A program made the position numbers and the translations under genes. A model generated the notes under the pieces. The model was given only the letters and a program-made list of their open reading frames with translations. It was not told where the DNA came from and ran no database searches. Of a stretch of DNA of 64,000 nucleotides, positions 47,133 through 58,827 are shown piece by piece. The stretch is taken from contig CALZKB010000045.1 in the NCBI GenBank assembly GCA_945787575.1, positions 1,896-65,895 of the forward strand. The letters run 5' to 3'. Position 1 is the first letter of the stretch. Each line of letters begins with the position of its first letter. Source of the DNA: Thermoanaerobaculia bacterium. Its GTDB lineage: Bacteria; Acidobacteriota; Thermoanaerobaculia; Multivoradales; JAHEKO01.

Positions 47133-48322
47133 ATGACGGATGTCGACGACCTCCGAGCTGCGATCGAAGGCAGCAGTCCGGCGCTCTGGACGTCGCTGTC
47201 ACCGCTCGGCCGCGAAGTGGCCTTCCCCGCGGGTATTCCGTTTCAGGCGGCACAAGCGAGGGGTGCGTTCATCAACGGCACTATCGGCCAGATCACCGAC
47301 GGCCGGGGGCAGGCGTTGATGCTGCCTGCCGTGGCAGCCTCACTGGCGCTCCCTCTCGAGGCGGTCAACCAAGCGGTCCTCTATTCACCGATTGAAGGAC
47401 GACCGGAAGTCCGAGAAGCGTGGAGAAGGTGGCAGCGGCGGGAGATCGAAGAGGCTCTCCCGTCGACCCTTCCGTTGGTGACCGTCGGCCTCACCCACGG
47501 ACTTTCGCTAGCGGCCGATCTGTTCGGCGAGCCGGGCCGAGCGATCGCCGTGCCGATCCCCTTTTGGGGCAACTACCGTCAGACCTTCGCTTTGCGCACG
47601 GGCTCGAAGATCGTCTCCGCCGCCGCCTACAAGAACCACGAGTTCAACCCGAGCGCCATCCCGGAGGCGCTCGCCGAGGAGCCGCCGGGGGAACCGGCCG
47701 TGGCGATTCTCAACGCACCCTCCAATCCTGGTGGATACATGCCGACCTCCGTCGAGCGGTCGCGGTTGATCTCGGCTCTCGTCGCCGAGGCGGGGCGTCG
47801 GCCGCTGGTGGTGCTCTGCGACGACGCCTACTCAGGACTCGTCTACGAGCCGGATGTACCGACTCGATCGCTCTTTTGGGATTTGATCGATGTCCATCCG
47901 CAGCTCGTTCCGATCAAGATCGACGGCGGAAGCAAGGAGTTCTCGCTCTTCGGCGGTCGGGTCGGTTTTTTGACCTTCCCGTTCGAGCCCGACAGCTCGG
48001 TGGCGGCGGCGTTGGAGAGCAAGATCAAGTGCCTGGTCCGGGCCGGAGTCGGGTCGCCGGTGGCAACCAGCCAGGTGCTGCTTCAGCAGGCTCTCAGCTG
48101 ATCCGCCCGCTGCCGTTCAACGCCGGTTGCTTCGCGCTGCTCGAGCTGCCGGACGGGCTCGATCCGGAGGTCGTGCGCCGGCACCTCCTCGCCAAGCACG
48201 ACACCGGGTTGATCGCGATTCTGCCGCGCTACCTGAGGATCGCGTTCTGCTCGGTGCGAGCCGAAGATCTTGCCGACCTGGTCGCTTGCCTGGTCCGCGG
48301 CGTGGAGGAGCTCGCTGGCTAG
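47133..48322 (+). pseudogene. class I/II PLP-dependent aminotransferase, disrupted by internal deletion/frameshift near 48100
   Basis: Frame A (47133..48101) carries NAPSNPGG and the PLP-lysine block GSKEFSLFGGRVGF, and ends ...ATSQVLLQQALS. Frame B continues RPLPFNAGCFALLELPDG...AFCSVRAEDL. About 33 residues normally between these blocks are absent. Confidence 0.55.
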
Positions 48323-48332
48323 CGCTCTCGGC

Positions 48333-48749
48333 ATGCTGCTCGGTTATCTGTGGGCCTTGCCGAACTCGATCCTCGGCCTGGCAGTGGCGGTCGGGAGCCT
48401 CTTCGGAGGGCGGTGGCAGCTGCGCGAGGGCGCCCTCGAGGCGAGCGGGCCGTGGCTCGAGCATCTGCTGATCCGGCGCAATCGTGCCGGGTTCGGCATC
48501 GAGGCGATCACCTTCGGCCACGTCGTCATCGGCCGCGACCTCGATTGCCTCGACCGCTGCCGAGCCCACGAACAGGTCCACGTCCGGCAGTACGCGCGCT
48601 GGGGGCCGTTCTTTCTGCCCGTCTACCTTCTCTCGAGCGCCTGGCAGGCGCTTCGCGGTCGCGATCCGTATCGAGACAATCGCTTCGAGCGGGAGGCTTT
48701 TGCGCTGGCGCCGCTCGAGCAGGCGTCCCGGCATGGTGAGGCACCATGA
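48333..48749 (+). CDS. small membrane protein with HExxH motif
   Basis: MLLGYLWALPNSILGLAVAVGSLF TM segment, then CRAHEQVHVRQYARWGPFFLPVYLL. TTG at 48270 is an alternative start. Confidence 0.4.
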   Translation: MLLGYLWALPNSILGLAVAVGSLFGGRWQLREGALEASGPWLEHLLIRRNRAGFGIEAITFGHVVIGRDLDCLDRCRAHEQVHVRQYARWGPFFLPVYLLSSAWQALRGRDPYRDNRFEREAFALAPLEQASRHGEAP

Positions 48750-49213
48750 ACGGTCGATGGTTCGGCAGGTTGCTCAGCTGGTATCCGCCGTATTGGGCGA
48801 CGGGGATTCGAGTCCGGATGGCGGCGGACTACTCGCGAACCGACGTGTGGCTGACCTTGCGCTTCTACAACCGCAACTACTTCGGGACTCACTTCGGTGG
48901 CAACCTCTACATGATGATCGACCCGATCTACACCCTGATGCTGGTCAACCGCCTGGGTGGCGGCTACCTGGTCTGGGATCAGGCCGCCACCATCCACTTC
49001 TTGAAGCCCGGTCGCGGCACCGTGTCGGCCGTATTCGAGGTCGGAGAGGATCGGCTGGCCGAGGTGCGGGCGGCCACAGCAGGCGGCGAGAAGTACACGC
49101 CGACCTGGCCGGTGGCGATCGTCGGCGAGGACGGCGAGGCCGTGGCGCGGGCGGAGAAGACCCTCTACGTACGCCGCAAGCGTGAGCCGAGCCTCGTGCC
49201 GAAGAACGAGTAG
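48746..49213 (+). CDS. DUF4442-like hotdog-fold (thioesterase-like) protein
   Basis: 155 aa. HFGGNLYMMIDP resembles hotdog-thioesterase HGG blocks. 4-nt overlap with the upstream gene. Confidence 0.35.
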   Translation: MNGRWFGRLLSWYPPYWATGIRVRMAADYSRTDVWLTLRFYNRNYFGTHFGGNLYMMIDPIYTLMLVNRLGGGYLVWDQAATIHFLKPGRGTVSAVFEVGEDRLAEVRAATAGGEKYTPTWPVAIVGEDGEAVARAEKTLYVRRKREPSLVPKNE

Positions 49214-49223
49214 ACTCCCACCG

Positions 49224-50213
49224 ATGACGAACGAGAGAGTCGCGTTCGGTTGGCGACGGCCCGCAGTCGCGATCGGTCTCGCCCTGCTCGCGGCGTGCGC
49301 CGGACAAGACCGCCCTGGTCCCGTTCCCGCTCCCGCCGTCGCCCCCGTCCGAGGCCGAGAGATCCCCGGCTACAGCGGGCTCGCCAAGATCGACGGCAAC
49401 CGCTTTCTCGTGGTTCACGACACCAAGAGCCAAAACGAGGGCTCACGGCTCGGCATCCTCGAGATCGGTGAAGGGGCGCGGGCGACGTACACGCCGCTCG
49501 CGGTCGGGACATGGCCCGAGCCGTGGGGAAGGTCCAACGACATGGAGGGGGTGTGCGCGATGCCGGGACGGCCGGGCGAGTTTCTGGCGGTCGAGGCGAG
49601 CTTCTGGCGGGGTCGTCCCCGCCGGCTGCTCCACTTCGAAATCGGCGCCCGATCGGCGACGGTTCCGTTCGCCGTCGAGCTGCCTCCGGCCGGACCGGAC
49701 GACGAGAGCGATGGCGCCGTCTACTACGAAGGGATTGCGTGCGCGGCCGCCGGTGACGGCCGTACGCTCGTCATCCTCGGCCAGTACGGTGGAGACGGAC
49801 CGGCGCGGCTCAGGTGGGGGTCGTATCGTGACGGAGAGCTGCGCTTCGACGACGTGGGGCGCGAGGGGCTGGCGGTTGCGGTGCCGGGTGAGTGGTGGGG
49901 CCGTCCACGGGCTATCGGCGATCTCCACCTCGACGGCGGGCTGCTGTGGGCGGCGGCCAGCGAGGATCCAGGCGACCAAGGGCCCTTCCGCTCGCTGATC
50001 TACGAGCTGGCGCGAGTGGAGCCGACCGAGTCGGTTCCCGTCCGCCTCCTCCGCGAACCCCGCGTCGCCTGGACGGTCGACGGCTTCAAGATCGAGGCGC
50101 TGGCTGCTCCTGCCGATCTCACCCCGGGCAGCCCGCTCAGTTTCGGGACCGAGGACGAGGCCTATGGCGGAGTGTGGCGTCCCCTGGGCCCGGTTCCGGA
50201 GGTCGACGATTAG
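49224..50213 (+). CDS. hypothetical lipoprotein
   Basis: Signal with lipobox LALLAACAG. No family recognised. Confidence 0.45.
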   Translation: MTNERVAFGWRRPAVAIGLALLAACAGQDRPGPVPAPAVAPVRGREIPGYSGLAKIDGNRFLVVHDTKSQNEGSRLGILEIGEGARATYTPLAVGTWPEPWGRSNDMEGVCAMPGRPGEFLAVEASFWRGRPRRLLHFEIGARSATVPFAVELPPAGPDDESDGAVYYEGIACAAAGDGRTLVILGQYGGDGPARLRWGSYRDGELRFDDVGREGLAVAVPGEWWGRPRAIGDLHLDGGLLWAAASEDPGDQGPFRSLIYELARVEPTESVPVRLLREPRVAWTVDGFKIEALAAPADLTPGSPLSFGTEDEAYGGVWRPLGPVPEVDD

Positions 50214-50255
50214 GCCCGCTGGCGCCGATGAGCACCTGGCAGCCAGCTTCGTCCA

Positions 50256-51047
50256 TCAGAAGAGCCCCTTGAGATACCCGCCTTCGACGGCGATCGACTG
50301 ACCTGTCAAGTACGACGCCGCCGGAGAGCAGAGGAAGGCGATCACCTCACCGATCTCCTCGGGCTCGGCGAGTCGTCCTATCGCGGTGTCCGCGGCCGGC
50401 GCCTCCAAAATCGACTCGAAGCTCTCGCCGGTCTGTTCGGACCGCATCTCGGCGAGCTCGATCTGGCGATCGGTGCGGGTGTAGCCGGGCAGCACGGCGT
50501 TGACGGTGACACCATTGCTGGCCACCTCGAGCGCCAGAGTCTTGAGATAGCCGAGTACCGCCGGCCGAAGAGCGTTGGACAGGGCGAGGCCGGCGATCGG
50601 CTGGCGTGCCGAAACCGAGTTGATGACGACGACCCGTCCCCAACCGCGCCGGATCATCCCCGGTAGCACGAGCCGGCACAATCGCGGTACGAAGAGCAGC
50701 GCCAAGGGGAACGCGGCTTGCCAGTCGCCGTCGTCGAGCTCGAGCGCCGGCTTGACGACCGGCCCTCCGCCGTTGGGAACGAGGATGTCGATCGGTCCAA
50801 AGCCGTCCTCGACTTCGTTGACGAGCTCTTCGAGCTCCTCGAGCTGGCGGACGTCGGCCGGTACGGCGACCACCTCGACCCCGGCGGCGCCGAGCCGCGC
50901 TCGAGCGGCTTCCAGCTTGGAGCCGCCGCGACTCGAGAGCGCGATACGCGCCCCGCGCGCGGCGAGCGCTTCGGCGGCGGCAAAGCCCAGTCCCGCGCTC
51001 GAGCCGGTGATGAGCGCGACCCGGTCGCTGAGGTCCAGTTCCGTCAT
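50256..51047 (-). CDS. SDR family oxidoreductase
   Basis: TGSSAGLG, NGGG, S...AGLALSNALR (YxxxK variant). Confidence 0.7.
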   Translation of the reverse strand: MTELDLSDRVALITGSSAGLGFAAAEALAARGARIALSSRGGSKLEAARARLGAAGVEVVAVPADVRQLEELEELVNEVEDGFGPIDILVPNGGGPVVKPALELDDGDWQAAFPLALLFVPRLCRLVLPGMIRRGWGRVVVINSVSARQPIAGLALSNALRPAVLGYLKTLALEVASNGVTVNAVLPGYTRTDRQIELAEMRSEQTGESFESILEAPAADTAIGRLAEPEEIGEVIAFLCSPAASYLTGQSIAVEGGYLKGLF

Positions 51048-51937
51048 TCCTCGATCCTCCGTCCTTCGTCGTCGTATCGGTAGACCCCTCGACCGCTCTT
51101 ACGTCCGAAGCGTCCGGCTTTCACGTACTCCTTCATCAAAGCTGTCGGCCGGTAGGTCTCACCCAGCTGTGCGTGCAGGAACTCGAGAATTGACAACCGG
51201 ACGTCGAGGCCGACGAGATCGGCCATCTCGAAGGGTCCCATCGGATGGTTGAGGCCCAGCCTCAGCGCCTTGTCGATATCCTCGGCGCTGGCTACGCCAT
51301 TCTCGAGCATGCGGAACGCCTCGTTGCCGATCAGGGCGTTGATCCGACTGGTGACGAAGCCGGGAGATTCGCTCACCGTCACGGTTTCCTTGCCCATCCG
51401 CGCGCCCACCGCCCGAAGCGAGGAGAGAGTCGCCTCCGAAGTCTCGGGTCCCCGCACGAGCTCGATCAGACGCATGATGTGAACCGGATTGAAGAAATGC
51501 ATCCCGGCGAAGCGCTCCGCGCGACCGGTTGCCGTCGCCATCTCCGAGATCGACAGAGCCGAGGTGTTGGAGGTGAGGATCGCGGGCTCCGGACACGCCT
51601 CGACGACTTGCTCGAAGGTCGAGATCTTGAGTTCCATCGACTCCGGTACGGCCTCGATCACGAGATCGCACTCCCCGACGGAAGTCGCCAGGTCGGTGGC
51701 GACGCTCAGCAGAGACAGCGCCTCTTCCGCGTCCGCGGCATCGACTTTGCCTTTGGCCACCCCCTTCTCGAGATTGGCACGGATGCGGTCCAAAGCGCGG
51801 TCGAGGGCGGGTTCGGAGATGTCGAAGAGACGGGTTCGGTATCCGGCCAGGGCAGAGACGTGGGCGATTCCGAGGCCCATCGTGCCGGCTCCGAGGACCG
51901 CGATCTCCTGGATCGTGTCGGTCGAGGCGTCAGTCAT
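51044..51937 (-). CDS. 3-hydroxyacyl-CoA / 3-hydroxybutyryl-CoA dehydrogenase
   Basis: IAVLGAGTMGLGIAHV Rossmann motif, FFNPVHIMRLIELV, C-terminal dimerisation helices. AAGGA RBS before the ATG at 51937. Confidence 0.85.
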   Translation of the reverse strand: MTDASTDTIQEIAVLGAGTMGLGIAHVSALAGYRTRLFDISEPALDRALDRIRANLEKGVAKGKVDAADAEEALSLLSVATDLATSVGECDLVIEAVPESMELKISTFEQVVEACPEPAILTSNTSALSISEMATATGRAERFAGMHFFNPVHIMRLIELVRGPETSEATLSSLRAVGARMGKETVTVSESPGFVTSRINALIGNEAFRMLENGVASAEDIDKALRLGLNHPMGPFEMADLVGLDVRLSILEFLHAQLGETYRPTALMKEYVKAGRFGRKSGRGVYRYDDEGRRIEE

Positions 51938-52249
51938 CGGTCGTGTCCTTGGGTCGGTTCGATCTCGCCGGACTCCGCGCGGCTCTCGAGAGGCGCCACG
52001 GCGCCCGGCGCACCTTCGAACGGCGCGATCCGGCCGGCGACCGGTCCGAGTCGTTCGCTCGCGTCGAACTCTAGCAGCCGCCGCGTCGACGGCGGGTTGC
52101 CGAAGGCGCGCCCGGACTCGAGATTCTATGGCCGTTGGCCTCTCGATCTGAAAACACCTTGCCTGTGCACCCTTGGCTTGCATTCCCTCAACAATTCCTT
52201 GAGAATCGCGGCGATTGTCGGACAGCTACCACCGAACCGGAGGTGTGGG

Positions 52250-52813
52250 ATGAAAAGATGGACCCTAGGACTGCTCGTACTGACCTTGTGCGCCGCCCCA
52301 GCGACGGCAAGCTCGCTCGGCGTCTTCGCGTCGACCTACTCGCCGGACGCGACGGGTGAGGGCGAGGGCTTCGGCTTTGACCTCCGGCTGGGCTCGGGTC
52401 CGGTGGAGTTCGAGCTGCGGATGACGATCTACGAAGAGCTCGAGACCACCGCGACGGTGGTGCCGCTGTCGATCGAGGCGGTGCCGATCGACTTCGGCGT
52501 CAACTACCGTTTCGGCGGCGGGCGACGAGCCCACCCGTACATCGGCGGTGGTGCGAGCTACGTGGTCCTCGACTACGACGTCGACATCACGATTCTCAAC
52601 CCCCAACGGACGACCGACATCGATCCCGAGTGGGGCTACTACGGGCAGATCGGCGTCGACTTCGACCTCAACGACCAGTCGCACGTATTCGTCCAGGCGA
52701 TCTACCGCACCTTCGAGGCCGAGGCCGAAGAAGACGATCTCGGCCTCGAGATCGACCGGGGGCTCAACATGAAGGGCGGGGCCTTCAACCTGGGTTTCGC
52801 CTTCACCTGGTAA
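52250..52813 (+). CDS. small outer-membrane beta-barrel protein (OmpW/OmpA-like porin family)
   Basis: GGAGG RBS. Signal peptide LLVLTLCAAPATASS. Alternating amphipathic strands. C-terminal aromatic FNLGFAFTW. Confidence 0.6.
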   Translation: MKRWTLGLLVLTLCAAPATASSLGVFASTYSPDATGEGEGFGFDLRLGSGPVEFELRMTIYEELETTATVVPLSIEAVPIDFGVNYRFGGGRRAHPYIGGGASYVVLDYDVDITILNPQRTTDIDPEWGYYGQIGVDFDLNDQSHVFVQAIYRTFEAEAEEDDLGLEIDRGLNMKGGAFNLGFAFTW

Positions 52814-52890
52814 AGGGAGTGCGGGGCGGGCTCCAGGCGCCGTCCGGATCGAGGACCGCTGCGAGTTCCCCTCGGGCGGTCTTTGCCGTC

Positions 52891-53841
52891 TCAGAGAGGA
52901 AGCCAGCGGCTGCGCAGAAGGAGTCCGATTCGAGCCATCGCGCCGAGCTGCGGCGGCGATTCGAGCGCTTTTGCTCCCAGCCGCTCGAGCTGCCGGAGGT
53001 GGCGGCGAGAGGCGAGCACGACGTAGGTGAGTGCGCGCCGCCAGGGACGGGGCAGCAGCGAGAGCTCGGCCTCGGCGAGGATCGGAGCGAGGCGCCGGCA
53101 CTCCCGCGCGATCGCCGCGGCGACCTCGCCCTCGTCGGCCTCCCGGCCGCTCTCCCAGGCGTCGGGCAGCTCGGAGATCGCCAAGCCGGCGTGGTGCCGG
53201 CGGCGATCGTCGCCGAGCGAGAGGAGCGAGCGGACTCTCAACAGAGCGCCGGACAGCGGGCAGAGCTCGGCGGTACGATCGGGAACGAGCGCGACGACGA
53301 GAGCTCGGCCGAGGGCTTCGGCTCGGGCCGCCGCGTCCTCGACGGAGCGGACCCGAGGACGCATCGCGCGGTTGCGGGAGCAGGCCGCGATCTCGTCGAG
53401 GGCGTCCCGCGACCAAGAGCGGTCGGCCTCGGTCAGCGACATCAGAACGAAGATCGGCTGGCCCGGAGGGCTGCCGTCGAGCGCCGACTCGAGCTCGAAG
53501 CACCAGCGGTTGATAAGGGAGAGTTTCTCGCCTTCGAGACCCGACTGGCGGGCGAAATCGAACAGGGTCCGCGCATGAGCCGCGAGCGCTTGGCCTCGCT
53601 GCCGCTCCGGCCGCGGGAGCAAGACGAGCGCCGGCGCCAGATCGCCGAGAAGATGGCGAGCGATCTCGCCGCAGGTGCGCTCGGCTCGTCGCGGGTCGGG
53701 ATCGTCGAGAGGTTCTCGAAGCTCGTCCTCGAGTCGAGAGTGGCCGCTTTGCGCCAAAGCGTCGGCCCGCCACGCGGCATCGCTCGGCGGTTCGCCGCGA
53801 GCGCGCTCGACCGGTTGGGGGCCTGGTCGGAGATCGAACAT
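52891..53841 (-). CDS. hypothetical protein, possibly degenerate squalene/phytoene-synthase-like fold
   Basis: All-alpha. Block GALLRVRSLLSLGDDRRRH loosely resembles the LQLTNILRDVGED block of that family. Low confidence. Confidence 0.3.
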   Translation of the reverse strand: MFDLRPGPQPVERARGEPPSDAAWRADALAQSGHSRLEDELREPLDDPDPRRAERTCGEIARHLLGDLAPALVLLPRPERQRGQALAAHARTLFDFARQSGLEGEKLSLINRWCFELESALDGSPPGQPIFVLMSLTEADRSWSRDALDEIAACSRNRAMRPRVRSVEDAAARAEALGRALVVALVPDRTAELCPLSGALLRVRSLLSLGDDRRRHHAGLAISELPDAWESGREADEGEVAAAIARECRRLAPILAEAELSLLPRPWRRALTYVVLASRRHLRQLERLGAKALESPPQLGAMARIGLLLRSRWLPL

Positions 53842-53951
53842 TGGGGCACGAGATTAACAGTCTCTACAGCGCCGGCGCGCGGGCTTCTGTTAGCATCGAC
53901 CCTTCGTGGCTTACTCAGCGTAAGCCGTTGATTCAAAATGGATTAGCCTAG

Positions 53952-54971
53952 ATGGCCCACGCCAAGTCCCTGCGCCGACGAGTCCTCAGAGAGGCCTTCG
54001 AGGAGAACTATCAGACGATGCACGGCATCGCCGCGCCGTCGGTGCATCGCCGCCGACGAATGCGTCGGCTGTCGCGCGCCACGGTGACCGTGGCGGCCGT
54101 CGCGGCGATCTTCGGTGCGACCTACGTCCTGGCGAGCAGGCAATTCAGCTGGACTCCCGAGCTGGCGGATGCGAAGACCGTCCTCCTCGTGCCACCGCCG
54201 GCACAACGGCCGGGTCGGGCGGCCGAGCCCGCGGTCACCGATGCGTCTGGCGGCCCCATGGCCAGGGAAGTGCTCCCGTTCTCGGTCCGGCGAGTCGTGA
54301 TCGATCCGGGTCACGGCGGGATGCACCGAGGTACGGCCAGCGCTCTGGGCCTTCAAGAAAAGGCGGTCACCCTCGATATCGCTCAGCGGCTCGCCGCACT
54401 GCTGGAGGCGAGCGGCTTCGATGCGATCCTCACGCGATCAACCGACGATGCGCTATCGCTCGAGGCGCGCGGCGAGCTTGCCAACGCGGTGGAGGCCGAC
54501 ATCTTTCTGTCGATCCACATCAACTGGTTCAGTGAGCCTACGGTCCGCGCCGTAGAGACGTTCTACCTCGGGCCGACCCAAGACAAGGAACTACAACGGC
54601 TGGCGGCGCGCGAGAACCTCGACTCCGAGATGGCGCTCGGCGAGTTTCGGCATGCGCTCGAGCGGGTCTACGCCGGGGTCCGCCGGTCCGAGTCGCGCGA
54701 ACTGGCTCAAGTGGTCCAGCGCGAGCTCCTCAAGTCCCTGAAGACCATCAACCCGTGGGTCGAGGACCGGGGGGTCAAGTCCGCGCCGTTCGGGGTTCTC
54801 ATCTCGACTCAGATGCCTGCGATCCTCGCCGAGATCGGGTGTCTTTCCAACAGCGAAGAGGCCCAGCTCCTCGACCGGGCAGACTATCGCCAGTACCTCG
54901 CCGAGGCTTTGCTCGAAGGGGTTCGCAGCTACGCTTTGAATCTCAATCCGAACCTGAATCTAGGGAGCTGA
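53952..54971 (+). CDS. N-acetylmuramoyl-L-alanine amidase (Amidase_3, AmiC-like)
   Basis: VVIDPGHGG, FLSIHINW, ILAEIGCLSNSEE are canonical amidase_3 blocks. N-terminal TM. Confidence 0.8.
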   Translation: MAHAKSLRRRVLREAFEENYQTMHGIAAPSVHRRRRMRRLSRATVTVAAVAAIFGATYVLASRQFSWTPELADAKTVLLVPPPAQRPGRAAEPAVTDASGGPMAREVLPFSVRRVVIDPGHGGMHRGTASALGLQEKAVTLDIAQRLAALLEASGFDAILTRSTDDALSLEARGELANAVEADIFLSIHINWFSEPTVRAVETFYLGPTQDKELQRLAARENLDSEMALGEFRHALERVYAGVRRSESRELAQVVQRELLKSLKTINPWVEDRGVKSAPFGVLISTQMPAILAEIGCLSNSEEAQLLDRADYRQYLAEALLEGVRSYALNLNPNLNLGS

Positions 54972-54980
54972 AACCAGAAG

Positions 54981-58030
<3,050 letters not shown>

Positions 58031-58134
58031 GCGGGGACGGTCGGCTTCGCCGGCAACGACGAAGGGGTCGGGCCGATTCGAATTACGAAACTTCCGATGG
58101 TCGGGCGCGTAAGAAGCGGCTGGAGGAGAAGGTC

Positions 58135-58728
58135 ATGCGACAGCTCTTCATAGCGCTCGTGATGTGCCTGACCCTGCCGAGTCTCTCGGCGGCCGCGGAC
58201 GAGCGGATTCTCGAGGGGACGGCGGTTCTGGGGTCCGACGATCGAGTGGTGATCGATTTCCCGGTGGGCGAGCTCGTCGTCGAAGGGGTGTCGGGCGACA
58301 GGTTTCAGATCGAGGTCGAAGTGCGCTGCAAGGGTGACCGGGACCGATGTCGCGAACGCCTCGATGACGTCGAGATCGACATCTCCGAGCGCCGCGGCAC
58401 GTTCTACATCGAGATCGCACCCCACTCGAAGTGGCGCTCTTGGAACTCCGTCGAAGTCGAGGCGCTCGTGCGACACCCCGCGCGCAACCCCTTGGAGATC
58501 GACATGGGCGTGGGAGAGGTCGAGATCGAAGATGTCGCCGCCGACCTCGAGGTCGACCTCGGAGTGGGAGAAGTGAGCGCCAATCTGCCGCTCGAGGCGA
58601 TCCGGTCGGTCTATCTCGACGCCGGCATCGGCGAGACCGAGCTGCTGGCCCCTGATGGATGGATCCAGGGCGATCGCTCGTTTCTCATCGGCAGCGAGAG
58701 CCACTGGTCCGACGGCCGATCTCGGTAG
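58135..58728 (+). CDS. hypothetical secreted beta-rich protein
   Basis: Signal peptide LVMCLTLPSLSAAADE. Repeated (I/V)D(M/L)GVGEV(E/S) strands. Confidence 0.45.
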   Translation: MRQLFIALVMCLTLPSLSAAADERILEGTAVLGSDDRVVIDFPVGELVVEGVSGDRFQIEVEVRCKGDRDRCRERLDDVEIDISERRGTFYIEIAPHSKWRSWNSVEVEALVRHPARNPLEIDMGVGEVEIEDVAADLEVDLGVGEVSANLPLEAIRSVYLDAGIGETELLAPDGWIQGDRSFLIGSESHWSDGRSR

Positions 58729-58827
58729 CGCCGGCACCTGTGGCCGGCGTTCTCCTCTGGCCCGCCCGGGGGCAGCTGCAGTCTCGCAGCTCAGGTCCCC
58801 GGCTACAGAGCAGGTGCTGCTTCGCGG

